Source of the DNA: Kofleriaceae bacterium | GTDB lineage: Bacteria > Myxococcota_A > Polyangia > Haliangiales > Haliangiaceae | Assembly (NCBI GenBank): GCA_036490935.1 | Contig: DASXCY010000002.1 | Coordinates: 2,716-66,715 of the forward strand | Reading direction: 5' to 3' | DNA: 64,000 nucleotides | Shown here: positions 63,367 to 64,000 of the stretch, piece by piece | Layout of the letters: every line of letters begins with the position of its first letter | How positions within the stretch are numbered: position 1 is the first letter of the stretch | The notes under the pieces: model-generated | Databases searched by the model: none | What the model was told of the DNA's origin: nothing | Seen by the model: the letters and a program-made list of their open reading frames with translations, nothing else | Program-made: the position numbers and the translations under genes

Positions 63367-64000
63367 TTACTTCTCGGTCGGGCGCGGCACGAGCTGGCGC
63401 AGTTGCCACGCTTGGATCTGGGTCGTGCGCTGAGCGTCGCGCCGGTCGCGTGCGAGCCGAGTCGCGATCCACACCGCGAGCGTCGCCATCGCCGGCGTGT
63501 AGAGCATGAGGCCAACGCGCGTACCGGTTGGATCGAGATGCTCGGTCGGCGCGTCCATCACGAGCGTGTTGGCGATGACGTGAATGCGGTTGTCGATCGC
63601 GCCGAGGTCGCCGAGCAGCCAAGGGATGAGCACCGCAGCAGTGCATGCTACGACCAGCATCCAGGCCGGAGCGACGCGCCGGTGGGTCGCGGTCGCCATC
63701 GCCACCACGACGGCCAATCCGGGGGCGATCAACGGCGGTGCGACGAGCAACGCGAACACGGCGACGAGCCCGAACCAGCCGATGAACATGGCGCGACTCG
63801 CGGCGAACATGGCTTTGCGCGGGGGCAGGATCGCGATCATGGCGATCGCCGCGGCGAGCGCGGACCCGAGCCCGAGCAATGCCCACGCGTGAATCCCGGC
63901 CCACAAGAACACCGGCACGAACGCGATGAACGCCAACGCCGAGACCGCGAGCAACGGGCGCTCGTTGACGAGTGCATCGAGGTCGAGCGCGAGCAGCGCT
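63367..64000 (-). CDS. Multi-TM membrane protein, 5' end outside the window
   Basis: The frame stays open to the window edge. Five or more hydrophobic segments. C-terminal motif RLARDRRDAQRTTQIQAWQLRQL is shared with the fragment at 45848-46270. Confidence 0.7.
   Translation of the reverse strand, partial: ALLALDLDALVNERPLLAVSALAFIAFVPVFLWAGIHAWALLGLGSALAAAIAMIAILPPRKAMFAASRAMFIGWFGLVAVFALLVAPPLIAPGLAVVVAMATATHRRVAPAWMLVVACTAAVLIPWLLGDLGAIDNRIHVIANTLVMDAPTEHLDPTGTRVGLMLYTPAMATLAVWIATRLARDRRDAQRTTQIQAWQLRQLVPRPTEK

Overview
Very GC-rich bacterial chromosomal segment; third codon positions are almost always G/C. Gene content is typical of a myxobacterial-type genome, which is an inference from content: eukaryotic-like Ser/Thr kinases, an ECF sigma factor, hybrid two-component proteins, and at least 15 lipoproteins with L-A-[AG]-C type lipoboxes. 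I support about 60 CDS. I saw no rRNA, tRNA, CRISPR array, transposase, integrase or phage structural gene. Many of the longest ORFs in the six-frame track are Arg/Ala/Pro-rich shadow ORFs of real genes in another frame or strand, so several starts were re-picked by hand. All domain names come from reading motifs by eye, not from searches. Layout: 1-6350 has three hybrid histidine kinases. 6412-11143 is a tightly coupled four-gene operon (AAA-N-like protein, small acidic ORF, ECF sigma, Ser/Thr kinase-WD40). 12424-19848 is a second two-component cluster that includes a CheB/CheR-kinase fusion and a degenerate NtrC-like regulator. 20281-24143 is a Ser/Thr kinase operon. 29237-35351 is a divergent pair of a giant AAA+ ATPase and a DUF4157 (HExxH) effector-like protein. 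35356-39654 is a lipoprotein cluster. 39753-43286 holds small stress proteins, ybaK, a DsbA/FrnE-like gene and two heme-motif proteins. 49825-51714 is recQ. 51718-56374 is a pseudokinase operon. 58065-59450 is hflX. Most interesting items: (1) the free-standing AAA+/DUF4157 module, with no contractile-injection structural genes anywhere in the window, a Lys-rich uncharacterised C-terminus (possible CYTH-like fold), a perfect palindrome in the shared promoter region and a 430-bp hexanucleotide repeat tract inside the ATPase gene. (2) A DsbA/FrnE-like gene whose first active-site Cys codon is an in-frame TGA followed by a hairpin, making it a candidate selenoprotein that the ORF track splits in two. 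(3) A stand-alone paralog of the ATPase N-domain, translationally coupled to a small acidic ORF, an ECF sigma factor and a kinase-WD40 protein.
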